Counted from the stretch's first letter, positions 29,068-39,410 are shown. The stretch is 64,000 nt of DNA from Fidelibacterota bacterium (GCA_049975265.1 JBNGDF010000011.1:1-64000), one strand, 5' to 3'. The notes: a model not told the origin generated them from the letters alone. Numbers and translations are program-made.

Positions 29068-30291
29068 TTATTTATCGTCTGTTTTTTCGTCAGTGCTTTC
29101 AGCAGACGATTCCGTATCGGTATCGTCTGTGGCTTTTTCATCCTCCGCGGGTTCCGGGCTATCGAGTTTTTCATCCTCTTCCTTTTCCTCTTCTCCGAGT
29201 TCATCCTCGTCTTTACGGGCAACGAGGTCCTCGTCGTCCTTTTTCTTACGCAGGATGACATAGATCAGAGACTGCCCGACACTGAAATTTGTCAACAGAT
29301 AGGCAACGGCACTGCCGCCAATGACAAACAGTGCAATGGCAATAAAGACAGTTGTGATGATATCGGTAGTGGTCAAATAGAGTGGACGAACCATGCCGAG
29401 CGAAGCGGGGGTATAGAGATTGAACACCTTCCTCAGGAAAGGGGTCAGCGGTGAGTTCACGCCGAAAATATAGGAGGAAGCCTGCTCCATAATGCGGCTG
29501 AGTTTGCCGCCCATCAGCCAGGATTGACCAAAAACAAAATTAAAAAACTGGTAGCCGATGATTATGGCATAGGAGTAGATATAAACGGCAACGGAGGTCA
29601 GACCCACTACAACCCCTTCATAAATCACCAGTCGCCAGGGTTGAGCCCATAGCGTCGAATAGCTCTGAAAAACGGTCTCCATAGTATCCTCTTCGGCAGT
29701 GCCGACAATCCCGGCACCCAGAATCAGAGATACCACAAATACGACGGCTGTATAAACGACAAAAACCGCCACGACAAAGTAGAGTAGATAGGGAATGCCG
29801 AGGAACAGAATATCCAGGACCGGCCATTTGGCGATCCAGGCGGCAATAATTGCCATAATGATAAAAAACAGCATAATCAGCAGGATAGAAACGGGTCCCA
29901 TGATCACCGCGGTGCCATGCTTTTTAATGTATTTCAGACTGTCGCCAGAGGAATAGAACTCGTCGCCCTTTAGCTGTTTATAGGTAATCCGGGATACCGC
30001 CAGCGATGCCAGCAGGAAAATGATCACCCAGAGCAGGATTCCCAGACCGTAAATCAGCCAGGCGTACCAGGCAATCGGGAGACCGACGGAAAAGAGACAT
30101 GGGAAGAGAAAATGGGTATTCCAGATCTCCACAATACTCTGACCATTGACAATCAGGGCTACATAAGAAAGGATTAAATAGACTGCCCAGCCCAGCCCGA
30201 GACCGAGCAGATGAACCCAGATTTTCTTTCCGCTGAGTGCCAAGCGGGGAGTTCTAAAAATGTCGCGAACGTCAAAATACAAAGGCTTCAT
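29068..30291 (-). CDS. Hypothetical multi-pass membrane protein with acidic C-terminal tail
   Basis: 407-aa ORF with GGAGG RBS, many hydrophobic segments and a D/E-rich tail. Confidence 0.75.
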   Translation of the reverse strand: MKPLYFDVRDIFRTPRLALSGKKIWVHLLGLGLGWAVYLILSYVALIVNGQSIVEIWNTHFLFPCLFSVGLPIAWYAWLIYGLGILLWVIIFLLASLAVSRITYKQLKGDEFYSSGDSLKYIKKHGTAVIMGPVSILLIMLFFIIMAIIAAWIAKWPVLDILFLGIPYLLYFVVAVFVVYTAVVFVVSLILGAGIVGTAEEDTMETVFQSYSTLWAQPWRLVIYEGVVVGLTSVAVYIYSYAIIIGYQFFNFVFGQSWLMGGKLSRIMEQASSYIFGVNSPLTPFLRKVFNLYTPASLGMVRPLYLTTTDIITTVFIAIALFVIGGSAVAYLLTNFSVGQSLIYVILRKKKDDEDLVARKDEDELGEEEKEEDEKLDSPEPAEDEKATDDTDTESSAESTDEKTDDK

Positions 30292-30308
30292 TATTTCCTC
30301 CAGAATTT

Positions 30309-31085
30309 TTAATCTTGTCTAACCAGGTCTATCCAAAGCTGCTCGCGTGGCAGTTTTGTCTTCAATTCATTCAACGCCGCTTTGGCGTCGCTCAGATCGT
30401 CAAAATTACCCGTTCGTACCCGGTACCAGGTTTCGCCGGTTTCCGGGAATGTGGCTTTCTGGATATACAGGTCGAGATTGAGATGGTCTAGCAGCCGGAC
30501 GGCGCGTTCGGCACCGGCGTAGGTCTTCCAGGAAGAAATCTGGATTGTGTATTTTCCGGGAATAGCGGGAAGATTTTGTCCTGCCGGTTTTTGGGGGCGC
30601 GGCTTTTTGCTGCCGGGAGCGGTCGGCGTCGTACGCTCATAAGCCGGCTCTGGCGGTGTCTCTTTGTCTTCATAGACCGGTTCGGGTGCCTGCATGGCTT
30701 CTTCGCTAAGCGCATAGCCCTTTTCCTGCGGCGCTGGTGCGGCACTAGTATCTTCAATAACCTGGCACAGAAGTTCCTTTTCGCTTTTTACTTTTCCGTC
30801 AGGTCCAACGATGGTGTAAGCTACCAGATAGTCTCCGGGAACATCGGGTACGAAAGATATATGAAAGCTGCGGCTGTTGGGTTGGAACGAGAGAATATCC
30901 ATATTGCTTTCCGCCGGTTTTTCCACAAAACTCCAGCCGTAAGTGCAGGCGAGGGTATCTTCCTTCGATTCGATCAGTGGCGCTAGATGAATCCGTTTTC
31001 CAACGACACCGGGAATCGGTTCCGGTTTATCACAGGAAAACACGATCAACAGCAACCCAACGAGTAAGGAAATTGATTTTTTCAT
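30309..31085 (-). CDS. SPOR-domain lipoprotein
   Basis: Signal ending IVFSC, Pro-rich linker; C-terminal YTIQISSW...WYRVRTGNF...AKA (SPOR). Confidence 0.8.
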   Translation of the reverse strand: MKKSISLLVGLLLIVFSCDKPEPIPGVVGKRIHLAPLIESKEDTLACTYGWSFVEKPAESNMDILSFQPNSRSFHISFVPDVPGDYLVAYTIVGPDGKVKSEKELLCQVIEDTSAAPAPQEKGYALSEEAMQAPEPVYEDKETPPEPAYERTTPTAPGSKKPRPQKPAGQNLPAIPGKYTIQISSWKTYAGAERAVRLLDHLNLDLYIQKATFPETGETWYRVRTGNFDDLSDAKAALNELKTKLPREQLWIDLVRQD

Positions 31086-31104
31086 TCTGTTTCTCCTTTT
31101 CGGA

Positions 31105-31530
31105 TCAATGACATGTTATAATTTCCTTTAAGGGAAAGAAAAATGCAATTTCTTTCTGAGCATTTTCTTCTGAGTCCGATCCGTGGATAGTATTACGTTT
31201 TGTATTTTCGGCATATAACCGGCGGAAGGTGTTTTCCTTCGCTTTTTGCGGGTCTGTTGCGCCGATCGCTGCGCGGAAAGATAGGACGGCATTGTTCCTT
31301 TCCAGCACCATGGTAATGCAGGGTCCCGAAGTCATATACCGCACCAAGTCTTTGAAAAAGGGTTTGTCCTTATGAACGGCATAAAATTCCTCGGCTTCGC
31401 GGCGGGAGAGTCTCAGCATGCGCAGCGCCTTGATGGAAAAGCCCTTGTTTAGGATAAAGTCAATCGCCTTGCCCGTCAGTTTGCGTTCGAGGCAGTCAGG
31501 TTTCAGAATTGCCAGAGTCCGGTTCTGCAT
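31105..31530 (-). CDS. ndk: Nucleoside diphosphate kinase
   Basis: RTLAILKPD, FYAVHKDKPFF, MTSGP, GATDP, NTIHGSDS. Confidence 0.95.
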   Translation of the reverse strand: MQNRTLAILKPDCLERKLTGKAIDFILNKGFSIKALRMLRLSRREAEEFYAVHKDKPFFKDLVRYMTSGPCITMVLERNNAVLSFRAAIGATDPQKAKENTFRRLYAENTKRNTIHGSDSEENAQKEIAFFFPLKEIITCH

Positions 31531-31544
31531 ACAAAATTCCCTCT

Positions 31545-32492
31545 CTAGGGTAAAATACGGGTAAATTTGTTATTATCAAGTCCTTTTTGAGCCGTTTCAA
31601 GGGAGGTGATAATGACCGATTCTCCGCCATTCTGTAAAAAGTGGATGGCGGCGTCGATTTTCGGGCCCATGCTGCCCGGCGGGAAATGACCTTCGCTGGA
31701 AAGTTGCTTCAGATCGCGGACGTGAATCTCGTCAAGAAACTCCTGATTGGGCTTACCATAGTGAATGGCAATCCGGTCTACATCGGTCAAGATAAACAGC
31801 TCCCGGGCACCGATGTCCTTTGCCAGTACGGCTGATGCCAGGTCCTTGTCAATGACGGCATCGAAGCCTTCATATAATCCGTTTTCCATCACGTAAACCG
31901 GAATACCGCCGCCACCGGCGGCAATGACAATGATTCCCAAATCGACTAAATGTTTAATCGCCTTTTTGTTGATAATCCGGCGGGGAAGCGGAGAGGGGAC
32001 GACCCGTCGCCAGCCCTTGCCGGGTACTTCTCTGATTTGCCAACCGAATTTTTTCGCCAGCGGCAGGATCTCTTCCTTTGTATACCAGCTTCCGATGTAT
32101 TTGCTGGGAGTTTGACTTGCCGGATCGTTGATGTCGACGATGATCTGGGTGATAATCGTAACCACATTGCGATGGATATCCGCTTTTATCAGGGCATTCT
32201 GGAGGGACTGTTCAATCATATATCCCATGCCACCTTCGGTATCGGCATCACAGATTCCCAGGGGCAGGTAAGGTGCTTTGTAATTGGTCAGTTCAACCCG
32301 CAGGAGTGCATTTCCAACCTGGGGACCGTTGCCGTGCGTAATCGCCAGATGATAACCCTGTTTGACGAAATTCATAATGGCGACGCAGCTCTTGCGGGTA
32401 TTGCGGAACTGATTGGCGATGGTGTCCTCTTCACCCTTCGGCGAGATGGCATTTCCTCCCAGGGCAATAACGGCGGTTTTATGGGATGGCAT
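31545..32492 (-). CDS. arcC: Carbamate kinase
   Basis: ALGGNA, THGNGPQVG, RRVVPSPLP, GGGGIPV, AVIDKD, GSMGPK. Confidence 0.95.
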   Translation of the reverse strand: MPSHKTAVIALGGNAISPKGEEDTIANQFRNTRKSCVAIMNFVKQGYHLAITHGNGPQVGNALLRVELTNYKAPYLPLGICDADTEGGMGYMIEQSLQNALIKADIHRNVVTIITQIIVDINDPASQTPSKYIGSWYTKEEILPLAKKFGWQIREVPGKGWRRVVPSPLPRRIINKKAIKHLVDLGIIVIAAGGGGIPVYVMENGLYEGFDAVIDKDLASAVLAKDIGARELFILTDVDRIAIHYGKPNQEFLDEIHVRDLKQLSSEGHFPPGSMGPKIDAAIHFLQNGGESVIITSLETAQKGLDNNKFTRILP

Positions 32493-32500
32493 CTCAGTAC

Positions 32501-33844
32501 CTATCGGATTAAATGATGGTTGTTCAGAAAATCATCCAGAATTTCAGTCAGATTGGGATGTCCGATCTCCTGCAGATCGTAATACACCCGGGTATTGGGT
32601 TTGTTTATATTCAGAATGCGGTTCAGATCAATCGGTGTACCGATAATAACGGAATCGCAATCCGTATTTGCGATTGTTGCTTCTAGGTCGCGAATCTGCT
32701 GCTCGCCATACCCCATGGCAGGTAAAAGTCGCCCAATATCCGGGTAAATCTGAAACGTTTCCGTTAGTTTTCCGACGGTATAGGGGCGTGGATCGACGAT
32801 CTCGGCGGCGTTGTACTTGCGGGCTGCGACGGTGCCGGCGCCGATTTTCATTTCGCCGTGCGTCAGGGTAGGACCATCTTCTATCACCAGAACGCGTTTA
32901 CCCCGGATCAACTCGGGCTTTTCAACCCTGATGGGCGAAGCCCCGTCGATCACCACCGCTCTGGGATTGACCTGGTTGATACTTTCCCGAACAATCTGGA
33001 TTCCTTCCGGGGCAGCACTCTCGATTTTGTTGATTACCACCACGTCGGCGAGCCGGAGGTTCACTTCGCCGGGATAGTAACTCCGTTCGTTACCCGGTCG
33101 ATGGGGATCTGCGACGGTGATTGTCAGGTCCGGTTGGTAAAAGGCAAAATCGTTGTTGCCGCCGTCCCAGAGAATGACATCACAGCCGTTGGGGTCCTCT
33201 TCCGCCGCCCGGATGATCGCTTCATAATCCACACCGGCATAAATGACATTACCCCGGATAATATGGGGTTCGTATTCTTCCATCTCCTCGATGGTGCATT
33301 TATGTTTTGTCAGATCCTCCAGGGTGGCGAAACGCTGGACCTTTTGATCGATCAGTTTGCCATAGGGCATGGGGTGTCGGATGGCTACCACTTTCAGCCC
33401 CTTCTGCATCAGAATCTCGATTACTTTGCGCGACGTCTGGCTCTTTCCACAGCCGGTCCGGGTGGCACAGACGGCGATTACCGGCTTCGTGCTTTTAATC
33501 ATGGTATGCGCCGGACCCAGCAATGTAAAGTTGGCACCACAGGCATTCACCAGCGCGCTGATACCCATTACCTTTTGATAGCTGATATCGCTGTAGGAGA
33601 AGATACATTCATCCACGTTGTATTGTCGGATGAGTTCCGGCAGATTATCTTCGGCGTAGATCGGAATTCCTTCGGGATATAGTCTGCCGGCTAATTCTGC
33701 CGGATATTTGCGGTCATCGATATCCGGGATCTGGGCGGCGGTAAATGCCACCACATGATAATTATCATTATCCCGGAAATAGGTATTAAAATTATGGAAA
33801 TCGCGACCGGCGGCGCCAATAATCAGAACATTCTTTTTTTTCAT
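32501..33844 (-). CDS. cDPG-synthetase-like P-loop protein; probable arginine synthetase (ArcE-like)
   Basis: GAAGRDFHNFN, FTAAQIP, RTGCGKSQTSR, RHPMPYG, EEMEEYEPH, WDGGNND, EDGPTLTHG, PAMGY; immediately upstream of carbamate kinase. Confidence 0.8.
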   Translation of the reverse strand: MKKKNVLIIGAAGRDFHNFNTYFRDNDNYHVVAFTAAQIPDIDDRKYPAELAGRLYPEGIPIYAEDNLPELIRQYNVDECIFSYSDISYQKVMGISALVNACGANFTLLGPAHTMIKSTKPVIAVCATRTGCGKSQTSRKVIEILMQKGLKVVAIRHPMPYGKLIDQKVQRFATLEDLTKHKCTIEEMEEYEPHIIRGNVIYAGVDYEAIIRAAEEDPNGCDVILWDGGNNDFAFYQPDLTITVADPHRPGNERSYYPGEVNLRLADVVVINKIESAAPEGIQIVRESINQVNPRAVVIDGASPIRVEKPELIRGKRVLVIEDGPTLTHGEMKIGAGTVAARKYNAAEIVDPRPYTVGKLTETFQIYPDIGRLLPAMGYGEQQIRDLEATIANTDCDSVIIGTPIDLNRILNINKPNTRVYYDLQEIGHPNLTEILDDFLNNHHLIR

Positions 33845-34061
33845 TTTATCACCTCATATTGAAATTGATAGCAACCTGTAATTTATCGGAACGGACTGTT
33901 GCTGTCAGGCCTATTTAAATCCGAAGTGATATGTCCAGAGAATCAAAGAATGTGTATATTGTGAGTTCATCGCTTCATACAATCAAATAATCCACCCGCA
34001 AAATTATACAATCGTCCCTCGAAAAACAAGGGAAACTAGCGCCAGAAATGAAAGATGGAGA

Positions 34062-35036
34062 TCAGATTTTCAGATGGAGCCCTTCCCGGGCAATGGATAT
34101 CCGGATCTCTTTTTCCGGGTAATGTTTCTCCCGGTACTTCATGGCATCCCGGAGTATGCCCTCCAGCTTTTGATCGGAGTAGGAGGGATCGTGGTGAAAA
34201 AACAGAAGGTGTTTGACATTGGCTTCCGCCGCAAAATCGACGCCCTGCAGGGAGGTGCTGTGACCCCAGTTTTCCTTTTCAATACTCTCCTCGATGGTAT
34301 ACTGGGCGTCGAAAATCAGAATATCCGCCCCTCTAAAAAATTCGACATAGGAGGAATAGCGATCCTTATCGATGTTCTTATACTCGGAATCGGTGGCATA
34401 TACGATGGCTTTATGCTGATAGTCGATGCGGTAACCAAAAGAGCCGCCGGGATGATTCAACATCTTGTTGGTGATCCAGATTCCGTCCAGGTCGAACGTC
34501 TCCTCCTTACGCAGCTGAAAAAAGTCAATCACCGCTCCCATTGCAGACAGCGATACCGGGTAGTATTCATCTTCCTGCTGATTACTGATGCGCTGTTCGA
34601 GACCGTTGTGGACACCGTAGATGGTGATGTTATTACCCGATTTATAGGCGGGCGCAAAGAAAGGAAATCCCATAATATGATCCCAATGAGTATGGGTCAG
34701 AAAGATATGGGCTTCTCCATTGCCACTTCCAAACTCCCGGGTCATCAGCAACTCGCCCAGTGGACGAATCCCTGAACCGGCATCCAGAATAATATGTTTG
34801 CCTTCAATGTTAACATAGATACATGCCGTGTTGCTTCCGACGAAACGCTTCATTTCAAATGGCAGCTTTGCGATGTATTTCTCGATATCCTCATCGTTAT
34901 CGAGTTTTTTCCCGCGGCAGTCTTTGAGAATCTTGCTGAGTTTACATTCGAATTCCGCAGGATCGGGCGAGGTGGGCAAAGACCCGCGGACACCCCAGAA
35001 GGTCAGATGAATTGTGTCTGTATTTTCGTTAAGCAT
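34062..35036 (-). CDS. MBL-fold metallo-hydrolase
   Basis: FWGVRGS, DAGSG, THTHWDHIMG, HPGGS, TDSE, DAQY, WGHS, FHHDP. Confidence 0.9.
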   Translation of the reverse strand: MLNENTDTIHLTFWGVRGSLPTSPDPAEFECKLSKILKDCRGKKLDNDEDIEKYIAKLPFEMKRFVGSNTACIYVNIEGKHIILDAGSGIRPLGELLMTREFGSGNGEAHIFLTHTHWDHIMGFPFFAPAYKSGNNITIYGVHNGLEQRISNQQEDEYYPVSLSAMGAVIDFFQLRKEETFDLDGIWITNKMLNHPGGSFGYRIDYQHKAIVYATDSEYKNIDKDRYSSYVEFFRGADILIFDAQYTIEESIEKENWGHSTSLQGVDFAAEANVKHLLFFHHDPSYSDQKLEGILRDAMKYREKHYPEKEIRISIAREGLHLKI

Positions 35037-35265
35037 TATCCCCCCTTTTGCCGTGAAATACTAATCGAACCATATTTCTGATGCCCCAACTACCCTCCAA
35101 TATGACAGAATATTATAAAAAAATCAACCCTTTTTTCCACCGTTTTATGTAAGCGTATTTTTAAACAGTCAATTGTCATTAAATATGTGATCTGGAACAA
35201 TTATCATGTTGGTGTGTTTAACCTTTCCGGGATTATGGGTGTCTTAAAAAAGTAAGACCGGTCAC

Positions 35266-35294
35266 TTGAAAGTCATGTAGATTTTGTGTATATT
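35266..35294 (+). promoter_or_regulatory. Putative sigma70 promoter
   Basis: TTGAAA-17 nt-TATATT upstream of the AAGGAG RBS of the LysM gene. Confidence 0.45.
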
Positions 35295-35323
35295 ATAGCA
35301 ACGTTGAAAGGAGTACAAGTGCA

Positions 35324-35986
35324 ATGAAAAAGAAGCTGTCGGTGAATCAAATTTTTCCAATTTTCATGGTTGTTATCGGACTTCTCGTCGGCTGCTCGAA
35401 AGAGGTTGTTGAAGAAGAACCCGTTGCGGAACAACCGACACCGGTTCAGGAGATGCCGGTCAGTGAACCAGAAGCTCAAGAACCCGCACCTGTTCCGCAA
35501 GAGACAATTGCTCCTACTGAGTCGGCGACTGCCGGTACCGGGAGTGAGACACTGCAGGAACGTGAGGGCAAGCTGGAAGAGGTTCTGGAGGTCATCAGCG
35601 AAACCGACAGCGTTAATATTTTCTACATGGTAAAACCGGGTGACTACCTTTCATTGATTGCGAAAAACGAGTATGGCAATATTGGCATGTGGCGGATGAT
35701 TTATAAATGGAATCGCCGGAAAATCGGGAATGATCCGAACGTAATTTTTCCGTTTCATGAGTTCCTGCTGAAAAAGCCAAAAGATGCCGCCAACGATCTG
35801 GAATATGATTACTACGAATATATGGTCAAAGCCAACGAGACACTCTGGTCAATTGCCGGTAAGGAATACAATAACCACTACGCCTGGATTGTGATTCTGC
35901 GTGATAACGCCGATATCTTGGGACCGAATATTGACGATGTATCTCCGGGAACTGTTTTAAAATTGCGATCGAATCTGTTTAATTAA
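35324..35986 (+). CDS. Lipoprotein with two LysM domains
   Basis: Lipobox LLVGC, acidic/Pro linker; YMVKPGDYLSLIAKNEYG and YMVKANETLWSIAGKEY repeats. Confidence 0.85.
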   Translation: MKKKLSVNQIFPIFMVVIGLLVGCSKEVVEEEPVAEQPTPVQEMPVSEPEAQEPAPVPQETIAPTESATAGTGSETLQEREGKLEEVLEVISETDSVNIFYMVKPGDYLSLIAKNEYGNIGMWRMIYKWNRRKIGNDPNVIFPFHEFLLKKPKDAANDLEYDYYEYMVKANETLWSIAGKEYNNHYAWIVILRDNADILGPNIDDVSPGTVLKLRSNLFN

Positions 35987-36009
35987 ACGGCATCTCGCTA
36001 ATGCATTGG

Positions 36010-36041
36010 AAAAGCGGAGTTTAAACTCCGCTTTTTTTTTT
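36010..36041 (+). terminator. Rho-independent terminator
   Basis: aaaagcggagt-ttaa-actccgc followed by a T10 run, after the LysM gene. Confidence 0.85.
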
Positions 36042-36139
36042 ACCCTTCGCCTGAAATTTCAGAAAGGGCTTACCATTCTGAAATTTCCTTTTAAATTAAA
36101 GGAAGTCTGATATCATTTAACACGGGAGAACAGGGGATT

Positions 36140-38047
36140 ATGGCAAATGCAATCAATCTTTTGGACTGGCTGATTATTCTGGTCTATTTTGTCTTTGTTT
36201 TTGGAATCGCCCTCTATTTTTCCAGACGCGCCGGCAAGGACACCAGCCAATTTTTCCTATCGGGTCGGAACCTGCCCTGGTGGCTGGCGGGTACCGCGAT
36301 GGTGGCGACCACCTTTGCGGCGGATACGCCCCTGGCGGTGACGGAGCTGGTTGCCCGCAATGGAATTGCCGGCAACTGGCTCTGGTGGAACCTGGCAATC
36401 GGGGCGATGCTGACCGTTTTCTTTTTTGCCAAGTTGTGGCGCCGGTCGGGGATTATGACCGATGTGGAGTTTACTGAATTCCGCTATTCCGGGAAAGCCG
36501 CGGCTGTTTTGCGGGGATTCCGGGCGATTTATCTGGGTATTTTTATGAACGCCATTGTGATGGGCTGGGTTCACAAGGCTATGGAGAAAATTTTTCACGT
36601 CACGCTACCGATGATCAACCCTTTTCTGCTGGTTGCCGGCGCATCGATCGTAATTGCTCTCTACGCTTCCGCTTCGGGTCTGTTGGGAACCGCCCGGACG
36701 GACAGCTTCCAGTTTTTATTTGCCATGACCGGCTGTATTATTCTGGCGGTGATTGTAGTGCGTTTGCCTCAGATCGGCGGGGCGGTTGCACTCAGTGGTC
36801 GGCTGGCGCCCCAGGTATTGAGCTTTTTTCCGAAGGTTGGGAAGGTTGACATACAGGGTATAACCGGCGGAGTCCTGGCACTTTCGGTGGGTGCGTTTTT
36901 TGCTCACATTGGTCTGCAATGGTGGTCCAGCTGGTATCCCGGTGCCGATCCTGGGGGCGGCGGATACATCGCCCAGCGGATGATGTCGGCGAAAGATGAG
37001 AAACACAGCCTGTTAGCAACGTTGTGGTTTACGATCGCACATTATACATTGCGTCCCTGGCCCTGGATTCTGGTGGCGCTGAGTGCCCTGATAATATTAC
37101 CACGGTCGGAAAGTCCGGCGGCGTTACAGGCAGAGAATCCGGCACTTTACGAACAGGTTGTAGCAGTTTATAACGGTGATATCAAACCCGCTGACGATCC
37201 TGAATATCAGACCGCCGAATTCCGGGCATTTTATGAAAAGTATGAAAACACCGTTGACCCGGGTGTCATGTATCCAAAAATCATGATGCGGTTTTTACCG
37301 CCCGGCTTACTGGGACTGCTGATCGCCACCTTTTTAGCGGCATATATGTCCACGATTGCTTCGCAGCTGAACTGGGGCACCTCTTACATTATCAACGATT
37401 TTTATCGACGATTCATTCAATCCGGTGCCGATGAGAGGCACTACGTTTTTGTCTCCAGGATCGCAATGTACCTGATGATTGTATTCTCCCTGCTGATTGC
37501 CCGTTATCTTTTGACGACAGTTTCAGGTGCCTGGGAGTTTATTATCAATGCCAGCGCCGGGATGGGCGCCGTGCTGATTTTGCGCTGGTTCTGGTGGCGA
37601 ATCAACGCCTGGTCGGAGATCTCAGCTATGATTGCACCACTGATTATTTATCCGATCGCCCGATTCGGTTTTGGAATGCAATCTCCCATTACGCTTTACC
37701 CGGTGGTTTTCGGAACGACGATCATCTGGCTCGCGATCACCTTTTTAACTCAGCCCACCGACAGAGAAACCCTGAAAAAATTTTACCGCAAGGTTCATCC
37801 GGGCGGGCGCGGCTGGAAGCCCGTTTCCGACGAATTGCCGGATGTTGTCAGCGACAGTGGATTCGGAAAGATCTTTATTGACTGGATTTGCGGGGTTATT
37901 TTGGTTTATGCCAGTCTGTTTGGAATTGGGAAAATTATTCTGGGTTACTATTTTTCCGGCGTTTTCTATCTTGTTATTGCCACCGCTGCGGCGCTGATTA
38001 TCTATTTACACCTGTCGAAAATCGGTTGGGAGACCGTTACCGAATAG
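36140..38047 (+). CDS. Sodium:solute symporter (SSS) family transporter
   Basis: FFLSGRNLPWWLAGTAMVATTFAADTPL, YIAQRMMSAK, AAYMSTI..QLNWG; many TM helices. Confidence 0.92.
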   Translation: MANAINLLDWLIILVYFVFVFGIALYFSRRAGKDTSQFFLSGRNLPWWLAGTAMVATTFAADTPLAVTELVARNGIAGNWLWWNLAIGAMLTVFFFAKLWRRSGIMTDVEFTEFRYSGKAAAVLRGFRAIYLGIFMNAIVMGWVHKAMEKIFHVTLPMINPFLLVAGASIVIALYASASGLLGTARTDSFQFLFAMTGCIILAVIVVRLPQIGGAVALSGRLAPQVLSFFPKVGKVDIQGITGGVLALSVGAFFAHIGLQWWSSWYPGADPGGGGYIAQRMMSAKDEKHSLLATLWFTIAHYTLRPWPWILVALSALIILPRSESPAALQAENPALYEQVVAVYNGDIKPADDPEYQTAEFRAFYEKYENTVDPGVMYPKIMMRFLPPGLLGLLIATFLAAYMSTIASQLNWGTSYIINDFYRRFIQSGADERHYVFVSRIAMYLMIVFSLLIARYLLTTVSGAWEFIINASAGMGAVLILRWFWWRINAWSEISAMIAPLIIYPIARFGFGMQSPITLYPVVFGTTIIWLAITFLTQPTDRETLKKFYRKVHPGGRGWKPVSDELPDVVSDSGFGKIFIDWICGVILVYASLFGIGKIILGYYFSGVFYLVIATAAALIIYLHLSKIGWETVTE

Positions 38048-38060
38048 GGCGGGCACATCG

Positions 38061-39404
38061 ATGGGATTAAAGCGGGAACTAAATATCTGGCATGTGATTG
38101 CGCTGATTCTCGGCTCGGTCATTGGTTCCGGTGTTTTCATTAACCTGCCGATCGTCGCGCGGGAAGCCGGTAGTCCCGGTCTGGCGGTGATCGCCTGGTT
38201 TATCGGTGGCATACTCTGGTTACCGCAGCTGTTCATTCTGGCGGAAATGGCGACCGCCTACCCGGAGGAGGGATTCGGTTACCTGTATCTGAAAAAAGCG
38301 GGCAGTCAGGCGCTTGGATTTCTATATGTCTGGACGGTTTTCTGGACCAGTGATACACCGAGCATCACCATCATTGCCCTCAGTGCTGTATCGGCTTTGA
38401 GTGTATTCTGGGCACCTCTGGAGGGGACGCTGTATACAAAGCTCTTTGCCATGCTGCTCATCGTCGTACTGACCTATATTCATTATCGCAGTGTACGAAG
38501 GGGGGGCGGATTCCAGGTTTTCCTGACCATTGCCAAACTCTCGCCGCTGATTTTGCTGTGCATAATGGGTGTCAGTCTGTTCAGTAGCGAACACCTTTTT
38601 TTATTACCCGATAAAGCGGTCACGGGCGATAAGTCTCTATTCACGCTGCTGGTTGGTGGAATCGCCGGGACGATCTGGTCCTATGCCGGCTTTACTAATG
38701 TCCTCTACATGGCGGGCGAGATGAAGAATCCGGCGAAAATCATTCCGCGCAGTCTGCTAATCTCCGTTGGAATTGTTACAATTGTCTACAGTCTGATCGC
38801 CTTATCCACGAGCGTATTTATTCCTTATAAGGATTTGATTGCTACGAGTGGACAGTTTGCGAACCCCTTTCTTTATCTGCCGGCTTTTGCCAAAATCGCG
38901 GGAGCGTTTCTGGCGATCGCGGCATTTACCAGTATGATCGGCTGTGTGAATGCTCTGATAATGGTTCAGCCCCGCATCGAATATGCGATCGCCCGGGATG
39001 GACTCTTTTTCAAGACGTTTGCCCACGTCCATCCGAAATACCAGACCCCTGATTATTCGATTCTGTTGCAATCGGGTTTGGCGATCGTTCTGCTGTTTAT
39101 CGGTGGTATTGAAGCACTGCTTGGATATTTTACATTGTCCTATCTGTTGCAGAATGGAATGATTTACGGGGCAATTTTTTTTCTGCGGAAGCGCGAAGAT
39201 TACCAACCCACCTTTCGTTCGCCGGCTTGGTTGCTGATGGCGATGATTGCGATCGGGTCGCAGCTTTATCTGATTTACGGTACCTTTGTCGCCTTCCCCG
39301 TAGGGGGTGTGCTCTCAGCGATGGTGTTAATTGCCACCGGATTGCCGATGTACTATTATTTCAAATCCCGGCAGTCCCGGGCGGAAAAACCTTTCAGGGA
39401 GTGA
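38061..39404 (+). CDS. APC-family amino acid permease
   Basis: LKREL, GSVIGSGVF, AEMATAYPEEG, WSYAGF, GEMKNP, ARDGLFF, HPKYQTP. Confidence 0.9.
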   Translation: MGLKRELNIWHVIALILGSVIGSGVFINLPIVAREAGSPGLAVIAWFIGGILWLPQLFILAEMATAYPEEGFGYLYLKKAGSQALGFLYVWTVFWTSDTPSITIIALSAVSALSVFWAPLEGTLYTKLFAMLLIVVLTYIHYRSVRRGGGFQVFLTIAKLSPLILLCIMGVSLFSSEHLFLLPDKAVTGDKSLFTLLVGGIAGTIWSYAGFTNVLYMAGEMKNPAKIIPRSLLISVGIVTIVYSLIALSTSVFIPYKDLIATSGQFANPFLYLPAFAKIAGAFLAIAAFTSMIGCVNALIMVQPRIEYAIARDGLFFKTFAHVHPKYQTPDYSILLQSGLAIVLLFIGGIEALLGYFTLSYLLQNGMIYGAIFFLRKREDYQPTFRSPAWLLMAMIAIGSQLYLIYGTFVAFPVGGVLSAMVLIATGLPMYYYFKSRQSRAEKPFRE

Positions 39405-39410
39405 GGTTGT

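Noticed and set aside
29068..29250. Low-complexity tc-rich DNA suggesting a repeat array
   Set aside because: Explained by the D/E/K-rich protein tail; no fixed repeat unit.
32858..34775. 274-aa and 233-aa + strand ORFs
   Set aside because: Antisense to the ArcE-like and MBL genes.
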